Source: Paragordius varius (lineage: Eukaryota; Animalia; Nematomorpha). From it: a DNA stretch of 64,000 nucleotides. The translations under genes and the position numbers were made by a program. This document shows positions 14,050-27,100 of this stretch, one piece after another (positions within the stretch are counted from its first letter, which is position 1; the number at the start of each line of letters is the position of its first letter). The notes under the pieces were generated by a model. That model was not told the DNA's origin and searched no databases. It saw only the letters and a list, made by a program, of their open reading frames with translations. Location: NCBI GenBank assembly GCA_964247055.1, contig OZ176060.1:682001-746000 (forward strand). Reading direction: 5' to 3'.

Positions 14050-14856
14050 CACACATTAGTGTATGGAAAAAAACAACAAAATGACAAATAAAAACGCTCC
14101 CTTAACGCCAATGTTAGATTTTAAAGCCCGCTAACTTTAAACTAAGTGGGCTTGTTGTTTTTTTCCATACACTACTGGGTAACTTGCCCTACACAGTAGG
14201 GTATGGAAAAAAACAACAATAGGGTGATTAAACTATAATTTTCTTTCTTTTTTTCCATACATTACTGGAGAATTTGCAACACAGGAATGTATTAAAAAAA
14301 GAAACGAGATTATAGTTTATTTAACAGTTTTTTTGTTTTTTTCCATACACTACTGTGTAGGGTAAATTGCTTTAACTATAGTGGGAATGAAATAAATAAT
14401 TAAATTGCACACTGTTTAAATTTTTCCATACACTACTGTGTTGCAAATTCCTCAGTAGAGTATGGAAAAAAGAAACGAAATTAGAGTTTATTTACCTTTT
14501 TTTTAGTTTTTCCCATACACTACTGTGTAGGGCGAATTACTCAGTAGTGTATGGAAAAAAACAACGAAAATAATTGTTTTTCGTCATTTTTTTGTTTTTT
14601 CCATATACTACTGTGTAGGGCAAATTACCCGGTATTGTATGGGAAAAACAATAATATATGACCAAATATTTATTTTTTTACTGTAGCATATGGAAAAAAG
14701 AAACTAAATTATAGTTTATTCACCATGTTTTCGTTTTTTCCATACACTACTGTGTAGGGCAAATTGCCCAGTAAGGTATGGAAAAAAATAACAAGCCCAC
14801 TTAGTTTAAAGTTAACGGGCTTTAAAATCTAACCTTGGCGTTAAAGAAGCGTTTTT
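14050..14856. mobile_element. Non-coding foldback/MITE-like element: ~80-bp inverted repeats enclosing ~7 hairpin cassettes
   Basis: 14091-14170 (aaaacgctcccttaacgccaatgttagattttaaagcccgctaactttaaactaagtgggcttgttg...ccatac) is the reverse complement of 14776-14856 with about 5 mismatches. The internal cassette is ttttttccatacactactg-loop-cagtagtgtatggaaaaaa. No ORF and no clear target-site duplication. Confidence 0.7.
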
Positions 14857-15768
14857 TTATGTTTTTGTAAAAAATAAAATGAAATTTTATAAAATTTTAA
14901 ATTTAAAAAAAATAATTTATTTAAATTTATTAATATTTATTTAATTTATATTTATTTAATTTGTTAATTATTTATTAAAATTTTAATTTATTAATTTTAG
15001 ATTTTTCAAGAAAAAATAATATATATGATATATCTCTTATTAAAATATTAAAAATTAAGTTATAAAAAATATTTTTACCTCATTAAAGTTTAAAATAAAA
15101 AAATTTTTTTGCAAAAAATCTAAAAAATTTATAAATTTTAAAATTATAATTTAATTTATATTTATTTATTTAGTTTATTAATTTATTAATTTTTATTATT
15201 TTTATTTTATTATTTCAAATTTTTCCAAGAATATAAATATTTTGTATAAAATAATTATATTATATAATATCAACACATTATAAATTTATTATTATAAATT
15301 GCAACAATGTAATAATACAATGTATGTACAGGCAAATATATCCAAATCAGCTGTTTTTTTATGAAAATTATATTTTTTTAAATTTTCTATTATATTTAAG
15401 TAATTTTCTAAAAATTTTTATAAACAGCTGATAAAAATATAAATTTTTAAAATATATATTTATTTAATTTATTATTTTTTAATTTTTTGATAATTTTACA
15501 TTTAAAATTTAAAAAATTATTAGTATAATGAATATTTTAATTTTAGTTATTTATTAAAATTTAAAACTATTTTATTAAAATTTTAAAAGATTATTAATAT
15601 AAAAAAATTTTTTTTAAAAAAAAAATTAATTTTATTTATTTAAATTTAAATAATTAATAATATAAAAATATTTTTATGTTAGATTTATTATATTTTTAAA
15701 AATGTAATATTTTTTTTTATATTTTATAAAAACAATTCAAAATTTTAAAATTATTTTAAAAAATAGTT

Positions 15769-18410
15769 TCAAAACAATGTTGCAACAATGAGTAAAAGTA
15801 ATGCAGAATCCAATAAAATTGTCGTCAGGTGATTGCGTGAATGAATGAATGAACCAGATGATTTCTTGGTTCCGCCCCCGTGAACAGCTGATAATAAATA
15901 TAATTTTTTAAATTTTTAAAATTTTAATAATTTTATAATATATATTTTAAATTATATTATAAATAATTATTTATAAAAAAATAAAAATATATATGATAAA
16001 AAATAAAATATATAAATTTTATTTATTCTTATTAATATATTTAAATACAGTATAAAATAATATTTAAACACACAAAAAATTAAAAAAATTAAAAAAATAT
16101 TAAAATAAAAATATATGTTAATATATATTAAATTTTTTTATTTTAACAAAGGAGATATTTAATTTATCAAAAAAATAAATTATTTAAATATATATATATA
16201 TATTATTTAATAAATTATAAAAAAATATAAAATAATAACAAAATAAATTTATTTTGTAAAAATATATAAAATATTAAATACAAAAAATAAATATTAAATA
16301 AAAATATTTTATTTAAATAATTACAAAATAAATTTATTTTTATAATTTAAATTAAAATAAAATATAAATAATATATATTTAAAATAAAAATTAAAAAGAA
16401 TTTATAAAATAAAAAAAACAAAAAAAAAACTTGGAGGCACACTGGGTGGACCAGTGGGTGATGGGGGAAGCGGGCTCGCCCCATCAGCTGGTGCAGCGGG
16501 GGGCGCTGCACTTGGGGTTGTGGGAACCGGTTCCTAAATTAAAAATTAAAAAAAAATTTTTTTTAAAAAAAATATTTTTTTAAAAAACAATTAATTTTTA
16601 TAAAAATATTATTAAAAAACAATTAATTTTTACTTATATAATTATTTTGAAATGAAAAAATTATTAAATTTTTCTAAAAATTAAGAAAAAATAAGTAAAT
16701 GTATAAAAATAAAAAAATTATTTAAAAATAATTAATTAATTTTTATCTTTTTAATATTTTTTGATTATATTTAAAAATATTTTTATATTAATTTGAAAAT
16801 CAAAAAAATTAATAGATAAGATATTTTATGATTTTTATAAATTATTATTTTTTATTATATTTAAAAATAATTTAAATTTAAAATATTTTTTATTTTTGAT
16901 TATTTTTAAATCAATTAATTTTTAAAAATTTAAAAAATAAAATATTTTAAAAATTTAAAAAAAATATTTTAAATTTAAAAAATAAAATATTTTTTATTCA
17001 AAAGTAATATTTTAACGATTAATAATTATTTTTATAATTAGAAATAAATAAAAAAAATTTATTTAAATAAATTTAAATAAACTATTTTATTTTTAATTAT
17101 TTTTTTTATTTCTTAAATATTATATACTTTTAGATATTATTTTATCAACTTTTATAATAAATATAAAAATAAAAATAAACTACAATATAAATAAAAATAA
17201 ATAAAAAGATTTAAATAATAATTTTAAAAAAATATAAATAATATAATAAATATTTTAAAATAACAAATAATAAGTATAAATAAAATTTATTTACAAGAAA
17301 TTAAAAAAATAATTTAGTTTATAAAAAAAAATAAAAATTAAAAAATTAAAATAAACTTCTCTCTTCACAATTTTGGCTAAAATCTGTTTTTTGACATTCG
17401 AAGCCTAAAAAAATTAAATATTTTAAATTAAATTAATTTTAATAAAAAAATTTATACAAATATATTTTTTTATATTTTTACAAAAATTAATAATTAAAAA
17501 TATTTATTTATTTTTAATTATAATTTAAATTAAAAAAATTATTTTTATAAAAATTATTTATTAAAATAATATATTAATTATTTTTAAAAGAATAAATTAT
17601 TTATATTTGAAAAAAATATTAACGAAATTATTAATCATAATTAAAAAAATTCACAACTCTTTTTTGTTATAATTTAAAAAAATTAAATAATTTAATTATT
17701 AAAAAACTAATATAAAATAATTTATTAAAAAATAAATTAAATAAATTAAATATAAAAAAATTGTAAAAATTACTAAATCTTAAATTAATAATTGTTAAAA
17801 TAATATATAACTATTTTTATAATAGTTAAAAAATATAAAATAAAAAAATATATAAAAAAAATAATTTTAATATTTTTTTTAAATTATAAATAATATAAAA
17901 AATGTTAATAATTTTGAACAATTAATAATATATTAATAAAAAATAATTAAATAAATTATAAAATTAAATAATAAATTTAAAAATTAAATACACAAGAATA
18001 AAATCAATATTTTTATTTAAAAAAATAAAAAATTTAAATTAAAATTGTGTATAAAATATATTTTAAATAATATCAATAATAAAAAAAAATATTTTTAAAA
18101 AAAATAAATTAAATAAATTACTAAATCTTAAATTTAAACAATTATTAATATATTAATAAAAAAAATTTTTAAATAAATTATTAATTAATTAATTTTAAAA
18201 AATATTATTATTTTTCAAAAATAAAAAAATTTAAAAAAAACTTCAAAATAAAAATAATATAAATGGTAAAAAAAATTTAAAAAAATAATTATTAATTTAA
18301 AAATTAAATTAAATTAAAAAAATAAAATAAAATTATTAAAAACTTACATCAGCTGATATTTGGAATACGATGGAAAATGCCACAAGGAATATCGGAATTA
18401 ATTTATTCAT
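15769..18410 (-). CDS. Gene 1: small secreted Pro/Ala/Ser/Thr-rich protein, probably GPI-anchored, 110 aa, 4 exons
   Basis: Exons 18410-18348, 17404-17357, 16533-16431 and 15887-15769 (333 nt), all GT-AG, phases 0/0/1 consistent. Translation: MNKLIPIFLVAFSIVFQISADASNVKKQILAKIVKREEPVPTTPSAAPPAAPADGASPLPPSPTGPPSVPPTVHGGGTKKSSGSFIHSRNHLTTILLDSALLLLIVATLF*. It has a hydrophobic N-terminus with small residues at the likely cleavage site, and a C-terminus of small residues, a polar spacer and a hydrophobic tail. Confidence 0.88.
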
Positions 18411-19653
18411 AAATTAATTTTTTATATTTATTTATTTTTTATTTAAATTAATTTTTTTTATAATTAATTTATTTTATTTTAAAATATTAATATTTTGCGT
18501 TTTTCAAAAATATTAGAATGTTCTAAATATAATATTTATGTTTATTTATAATTATTCTAATATTAAGTAATATAAATAAAAAATAAACAAAAAATAAATA
18601 AAATAATAAATTAAAAATAAATGATAAATTAAAAAAATATTTAATAATTGATGTTTTTTATAAATATTTTTATTATTAATTATATTTTTTTATTTTTTCT
18701 AGATTTAATATTAAAAATTTTTTCAAATATTTTATAAATTTTAATTTAAAATATTAAAAATTTAAAATATTTTAAATTTATAATATTTTTAAAAATTTTA
18801 AATTTGAATAAATTATATTAGAAAAAATATATATATAATATAAATATTAATATAATAATTTAAAATAATTTAATTTATATTAAATTTTTGTTTAAATATT
18901 AAAAAAATATTAACTAAAACAACAGGATTTAAAAGTAAATTATATTTTATTAAAAATTAATTATTATTAAATTAAAAACTTATTTTAATAAATTTTAATA
19001 TATATTAGAAAAAAATATATGTATATTATAAATATTATCAAATATTATATTAATAATTTTTTGTATAATTATATAAAAAATTGTAAATTATAAAAAAAAT
19101 ATTATTAATATTTTTAATAAATTATATTTTTTTAACCAAAAAAATATTAACTAAAACAACAGGATCTAAAAATAAATTATATTTTATTTTTATTAAAAAT
19201 AAAAAAAATGTAAAAAAATAAGAAAAAAAACTAAAAATTAATAAAATTAAATAAAATAGTCAATACAAATAAAAAAATTAAAAAATATTTTTTTTTTCTT
19301 TTTTTTTTAATAAATTTTAAAATTCAATAATTTATAAAACATTATTAATTTAATTCTTTAATTTTAAAAATAAATGCAGTATTATAAATAAAAAAATTAT
19401 TGAAAACTTATATTAGTAATATTTTAAAAAAATTATTTTATTAATTTAATATAAAAAATAAAATAAATTATATTTTTAACCAAAAAAATATTAACTAAAA
19501 ACAGGATCTAAAAATAAATTATATTATTTTTATAATAAAAAATAAAAAAAATGTAAAAAAATGTAATACATTGTTGCTAAAACAATGTTTATAATTATAT
19601 TTTTTTATATTTTTCTTTAGGCGAATTTTTTATTTTTTTATTTTTTAACCAAA

Positions 19654-19685
<32 letters not shown>

Positions 19686-21135
19686 AAAATATATAAAAAT
19701 ATTTATTTTTATTATTTTTTATAAATATTTATCTTGATAAAATTGTTTTTTTTTGAAAAAAAAATATTTTTAAAAATTATTTGGGATATTCCGCTAAAAA
19801 AGTTAATATTTATATATAAAATAATTTATTTTATAAATATATATTTTTTTAATACATTTTTTATATTTTATTTTTATTATATATATATTTTTTGTTTTTA
19901 AATATTTTAAATATATTTAAATATTATTTTATTATTTATTTATTTTTTGAAAATATTTTTTTAGTTTTAATTTATTAAATATTATACATAAATATAAATA
20001 TAAATATTGTTTTTATTTAAATTAATATTTATTTAATAATAAAATTTTTAAAATTTAAATCACACATTAATAAAATTTTAAAAAATTATATTAAAAGTAA
20101 TAATTATTATTAAAAAAAAAATATTTTATTAAAATAAAATTAAAATATTTTAAATTTGCAAAAAAATATTTATTTTTGCATAAAATTATTTTTTTTATAT
20201 ATTATATATATATATATAATAATTTTTAAATAAAAAATAGGTTACGCATTTTTTTATCTTAGAATAATAATAAATAATTATTTTTATTTAAAATAAATTT
20301 TTATTAAATAAATAATTATAAAAATTTTGAAAAAAAATTTTTTTAAATAAAATTATAAATATTATATTAAATATAATATTAAAATAATTTTTATAAATAA
20401 TATATTTAATTTTAAATTTAAAAAATTTTCATATATAAAATTTAATATGTTTTAATTTTTTTATATGATTTTTAATTATTTATTTAAATATTTTATGGTT
20501 TCTTAAAATTATTAAATAATTTATATTATATAATTTTATAAAGTTAAATATTTAATATATTTTTTATTTGTAATATTAATTTATTTTAATTTAAATATCA
20601 GTAAATTTTGAAAATTATTTTTTTTTTTATTGTAAATTTACTTTATTAAAATAATTCATATTTTTTAATTAAATAATTAATAATTTTTAAATTTAATTAT
20701 TAAAATTTAATTTAATTTTGGTTTAAATTAATATTGCAAAGATAGTTTATAATTATTTATAATAAATTTTAAATTATTTTATTTTATTTAAATTATTTAA
20801 ATATATATAATTTTATTTAAATATATTATTTTAAATTTAATATTTTTTAAAATTTAGAAAATAAAAAAATAATTTTTTTTATTTTTTTATATTTTTTTAA
20901 TAATTTTTTATTTTATTTAAAAATTAAAAATTAAATATGTATTTAAATATTAATTTATTAATATTTAATATTTAATGTATATATATTTTATAATATTTAA
21001 TTATATGTTTTTTTTAAATTTATATATTTTAATATTTTTAAATATTTTTTTAGATATTATCACCCATATGATTTTGTGAATATTTGAAAAATTAATTTAA
21101 TTTTATCAAAAAATAAAATATAATTAAAATAAAAA
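18411..21135. promoter_or_regulatory. 2.7-kb interval between divergent genes (putative shared upstream region) with a ~45-bp block in three copies
   Basis: It lies between the two inferred ATGs. aaaaatattaactaaaac(aac)aggatYtaaaaRtaaattatatt occurs at ~18903, ~19140 and ~19485. Regulatory function is not demonstrated. Confidence 0.35.
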
Positions 21136-24100
21136 ATGAAAAATAAAATTTTTAATAATTTATTTAATTTATTAAATTTATATTATTTTAATAATTTAAT
21201 AATTTTTAAATTTAAAATATTTTTTTTATTTTCGATATTTATATTTTTAAATTTCAATAATATGATTTTCATTCATTCACAAAATCATCCCAATGACAAT
21301 CAGCTGTCTCAATCAGGTGATTTTTAGTATTTTTTTATTTAAATATATTTTAATTTTTTAATAATTATTTCATATTTTATAAAATTTATTTTCCATTTTA
21401 TTTTTTTAAATTGTTTATTTTATTTTATTTCCTTTAATTTTTTATTAATTATATATTTTTATTATTTAATATTTTTAATTTAATATTATTTTTTTAATAT
21501 TGAACATTTTTTTAATTTTTAATAATTTATTTTTTTATTTTATTTATTGTATTATATTTTCTAAATATTAATTTTTTTATTTTATTTTTTACTAAAATTA
21601 TATTTTATTTTTTTTATTATTTTTTTATATTTTATAAATAATTTATTTATTTTGGAAAAATTTAATTTATTTTTTTATGAAAATTATTATTATTATTTTT
21701 TTGGATTTAAATTTTTGATTATTTTTTTATTTTATTTTTTTAATTTAAATTTTTTTTAAAATATTTTTAAATTAATTATTTATTTATTTTCTTATATTCT
21801 TATTTAAAAAAATTATATATATTATTATATAAATTATTATTTTTATATTTGGTTTTTTTATTTTTTTACTATTAATTTATATTTAAAATTATTTATTTTA
21901 ATTCTATTTTTTATTTTTTTTACCATTTTTATTTTATTATAAATTTAAATATTTTCATATTTTTATTAAATTTAAATATTTTAATATATAATATTTTTTG
22001 ATTTTTCATAATTTTAAATTTTATAATTCATTATTTATTAAGATTAGTATATTTATTTTATTTAAAATCAAATATTTTTTTTTATTAAATTTAAATATTT
22101 TATTAAATAATATTTTAATATTTTTTTTAGATTTTTCTTATTTAACTGACAATTCAAATGATCTTGAAAAAAATCCAAAAAGTATATTTTTTTATTAAAA
22201 AAATTTATTTTTTTTTAAAAATAATAAAATATATAATTAATTGTTTAAAAAATAATTTTTTTTAAATAAATTTATTAAAATATTAATTATTATTTAACAA
22301 AAAATTATATTTTATTAAAAGAAAATTAAATATTTTATATAATTTTTAATTATTTTGTATAAAATAATAATAATAAAAAAATGTAAAATTTTCAAATATT
22401 TATTTAAAAGATAAAACAAATAAAAAAAAATTTTCCTAAAAAATAAAAAAACTATTATTTTATTTTTTAATTAAGATATTTTTATTTATTAATTAAAAAA
22501 TAAATATTTTTTATTTTTTATTAATATAATTAAGTAATTTAAAAACATATTTATTCAATATAAATATAAATTTTATAATAAATTATATTTTTATGAAAAA
22601 ATTTTGAATTAAATAATATTTTTTTCATAAAAAATATTTTTTAAATTTAATAAAATTAATTATAAATTTAAATATTTTTAATAATAATAAGTAAATTAAA
22701 TATTTTTTCTATATTATTTTATTAAATTTATAAAATTTATTAATTTAATTATATAATTATTAAAAATATTTAATTTAATAACATTTTAAAAAAATAAAAT
22801 AAAAAAATTTTTTTTTAATTATTTTATTATTAATATTTAAATAAATAATAAATTTTTAAAAAATTAATATTTTTTAATATTTTCTTTATATAATATAAAT
22901 ATTTATATTTTAATATTTAAATAAATATTTTTTTATAAAATAATTTTTCTAATTATTTTTAGTTTTTGCAAGTTCGTATGGCCGTAATGTTATTTCCATT
23001 GATCAGTAAATTATTTTTTTTATTTAATTTTATTTTTTATTTTTGTTTTTTTATTTTAAAAATAAAAAAAATTTAAAATATTAAAAAAAAATTAAAATAA
23101 AAAATAAATATTTTATTTTGTTTTTTTATTAAAAAAAATTAATTATATTTTCCAAAAATAATTTATATTTTTATATAAATTATTTTTCAATATTTAATAA
23201 TATATTTTAATTTTATATTTTTTTTATTAAAATTAAACAATTAATTTTTATCTTTTAATAAATATTTTTTTTATTATTTTACAGATTTTTAAAATTTTTA
23301 AACTTTTTATTTTTTTTATTATTAAAAAATTATAAATTATTAAAATAATTATTTTAATATTTTTTTTTATATTTTTTTTTATTTAATTTTTTTTAATTTT
23401 TTTAATTTATATTTTTTTCATAATTTTATTATATTTTTATTTATTTTTTTATTAATTTTTAATAATATATAAATGATATTTATTTTATTAAATAAAATAT
23501 TTATTCATTATTTTTTAATTTTTTAAATTATTTATTATTTATTTTATAATAATATTTGATTTTTATTTAATTTTTTATTAATTTTTAATATATTTTTTTT
23601 TATTTAATTTTTTTTATTTTATTATATTTTTATTTATTTTTTTTATATTTTCATATATTCATTGTTTCATTTATATTTTATTATATTATCATTTTTTTTA
23701 TATATTATTATTTTTTTTAATTTTTTTAATTTTTTATATCATTTTATATCAATTTATTATTTTTATAATTTTTTTATATAAATTTTAATTGATAACTTAA
23801 ATTATTTTATTTTTTTAATTTTTTTATTTTATTTTAATAAATTTTTATTTTTGATAATTATTTTAATATTTTTATTTTTACTTTTTAATAAATAATTTTT
23901 TAATTTTATTTTATTTTTTATATTTTTTGATTAAAAATTAAATTTTTTAATTAAAAATTAAATTATTTTTTGAATTTTTTTAAAATATTTTTTTTAAGTT
24001 TTTTTTAATTTTTAGTAAAGTTGACATAGTCAATGAAAGGAAAATTTAAAATATTTTGAAAAAAAATTAAAATTTTAAAAAAATCACTATTTTATTTTAT

Positions 24101-27100
24101 ATTTTTTTATATTTTACATATAAAAAATTAACAAAAATTATTTAAATAATTATTTATTTATTTTACTTTTTGAATTATTTTTAAATTGAAAATTAGATAA
24201 TTAATTAATATTTTTATATTTTAATTTATATTTTTATTTTTTTTTAAATTTTAAATAATTAATTTAAATAAAAAATAAACAATTAATTTTTATTTTTTAA
24301 TAAATATTTTTTTATATTTTTTTTTATTTATATTATTTTAATTATTTTTTTATTAAATATTAATTATTAATTTTTTTATTATTTAATATATTTATTTATA
24401 ATTTAATTTTATAAAAATAAAATACATAATTTTATTTTTTTAATTTTATTTTTTTTATTTGTAATTTATTTATAAAAATTAAATATTTTTTTAAATAATA
24501 TATTTTTTACTTTTTAAAAAATAAATAATTAATTAAATTATTTAAAATTACATAATTTTTTTTATTTTTTTAACTTTTATTTTTAAAAAAAATTTAAAAA
24601 TTAAATATATATTTTTTAAAATTAAATAAATTTTTTATAATTTTTAGTAGAGCTGACATCTTATTGGTTAAAGAAAGGAGAATTAATTTAAAAATTACTA
24701 AAAAAATTTTTTTATATTTTTATAAAATTATTAAAATTATTTTAATTAATTTGTTTATATTAAATATAAATATATTTAAATATATTTTTAATAAATATTT
24801 TTAAAATTTAAAATTATAAATTATATTTTTAAAAAATAAATAATTTATAGTTTTAAAAATTTTTTTAAAAAACAAAAACTGACATCTTATTAATTAAAAT
24901 TTATAAATTTTTTAATAATATTTTCAATATTTTCTAAATAATATACATTTTTTATTTTTTCTAAAAAAGCAATTAATATATTTAATTATTTATTTTTAAA
25001 AAATAAAAAATTTAAAATATTTTTTTTTAAAAAAAATAAAATATAAAATTTTTTATAAAAAATTTAAAATAATAATTAAATATTTATATATATTTTAGTA
25101 AAGCTGACATCTTATTGGTTAAAGAAAGAAGAATTAAACCGGAATTTGTCATTCCAGATGATTTAATTGAAAATCCAAATCCACAAATTGATTTTCCTGG
25201 AAATTTCGTAAAAAAAATTATATTTTATTTAATTTTTTTTTTAAATTAAAATTAATTATTAAAAATAATATTTTTTTAATATTTATAAAAATAAAAAATA
25301 AAAAAGTAATAAAAATTCAAAAAAAATTAAAAAAAATATTTTTCTTTATTAAAATAATAAACATTTAGAATTAAAATTAATATTTTTTTATAAATATATA
25401 TTTATTAATTTTATAGAAATATATAAAAAAATAAAAAAAATCAAAAAAAAAAAAATTAAAAAAATTGAAAATCCTAATCCACAAATTGATTTTCCAGGAA
25501 ATTTTGTAATTTTTTTTTATTTTTTATAAAAAATATATTATAATTAAAATAAATATATTAATTATAAATTTTATTAATTTATTTAACATACTTTTAAAAA
25601 AAAATTACTAAATTAAAAAAATGAAAAAATCAAAAAAATAAAAAAAAATAAAAAAAATTAAAAAAAACGAAAAAAATAAAGAAAATCAAAAAAATTAAAA
25701 AAAAATAAAAAAAATTAAAAAAAACGAAAAAAATAAAGAAAATCAAAAAAAATTAAAAAACGAAAAAAAATTAAAAAAAAAATATTTTTTTATTAAAATT
25801 AAAATAATAAACATTTATTTTAAAATTAAAATAAATTTTGTTTTTTATCTAAATTGATTTTTATAAAAAAAACGAAAAAAATAAAGAAAATCAAAAAAAA
25901 TTAAAAAACGAAAAAAAATTAAAAAAAAAAATATTTTTTTATTAAAATTAAAATAATAAACATTTATTTTAAAATTAAAATAAATTTTGTTTTTTATCTA
26001 AATTGATTTTTATAAAAAAATTTAAAAAATCAAAAAAAAAAGAACAAAAAAATTAAAAAACGAAAAAAAATTAAAAAAAAAATATTTTTTTATTAAAATT
26101 AAAATAATAAACATTTATTTTAAAATTAAAATAAATTTTGTTTTTTGTCTAAATTAATTTTTATAAAAAAATTTAAAAAATCAAAAAAAAGAACCAAAAA
26201 ACTAAAAAAAAAATTAAAAATCCAAATCCACAAATTGATTTTCCAGGAAATTTTGTAAAATTTTTTTATTTTTTAATAAAATTTATGTATATTTTTAAAT
26301 AAATAATAAAATTATTATTTTTATTAAATTAAAATAATATTTTTTTTAATATTTTTTGTTTAATTAAAAAAAAACGAAAAATAATTTTAAATTAAAACGA
26401 AAAAAAATAATAATTGAATAAAAAGAAAAAAAAATATTTTTTTTTATTAAAATTAAAAAATAAAAAAAATATTAAATTTTATTAATTTTTTATAAAAATA
26501 TATAAATTATTAAAATAAAATTTAATTATTATAAAAAATAAAAAAATAAATAAAAAAAACGAACAAATTAGAAAAAAATAAAAATCTAAATCCGCAAATT
26601 GATTTTCCAGGGAATCTTGAAATTTTTTTTATTAAAATTAAAATAATAAACATTTAAAATTAAAAATTATGTTTTTATTTTAAATTAATTAATTTTATAA
26701 AATTATTAAATTGGTTAGTTTTATTTTTCTCTTTATTATAAAAATATAAAAATTATTTAATTTTTCATAATTTTTATTTAATTAATTTTTAAAATTCAAA
26801 TAAATAAATTTCATAAAGAAAAAAAAATATTTTTTTTGTATTAATAAATTAATTTTATTAAAAATAAAAAAAAATTAAAAAAAACGAAAAAAAAATTGAA
26901 AATCACAAATAAATTTTCCTGGTAATTTTGTAATTTTTTTTTATTATTCTTATTATATTTTTTTATTTTTTAATAAATTATAAAATAAAATTTTTTTTTA
27001 AAATAAAAATAATTGATTTTTTAATATTTTTTATTTAATTTTTTATATAATTTTTAAAAATATCATATTTCCAAAAAAATTAAATCCACAAATTGATTTT

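Noticed and set aside
14150-14800. CRISPR-like repeat-spacer array
   Set aside because: The 'spacers' are themselves repeated and inverted, there are no cas genes, and the context is eukaryotic and intron-rich.
15788-15828. Plus-strand ATG...AG|gtgatt mini-exon (MSKSNAESNKIVV)
   Set aside because: It is antisense to the hydrophobic tail of gene 1, and no compatible downstream plus-strand exon was found.
16428-16537. Plus-strand Gly-rich frame LGGTLGGPVGDGGSG...GS*
   Set aside because: It is the mirror of Pro codons of gene 1 exon 3. Splice sites and phases fit only the minus strand.
19780-21080. Small G/C islands at ~19781, ~20240 and ~21054 as extra 5' exons of gene 2
   Set aside because: No AG acceptor exists between 21136 and 21316 to join them to, and no consistent frame was found. 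They could be UTR or trans-splice sites but are unsupported.
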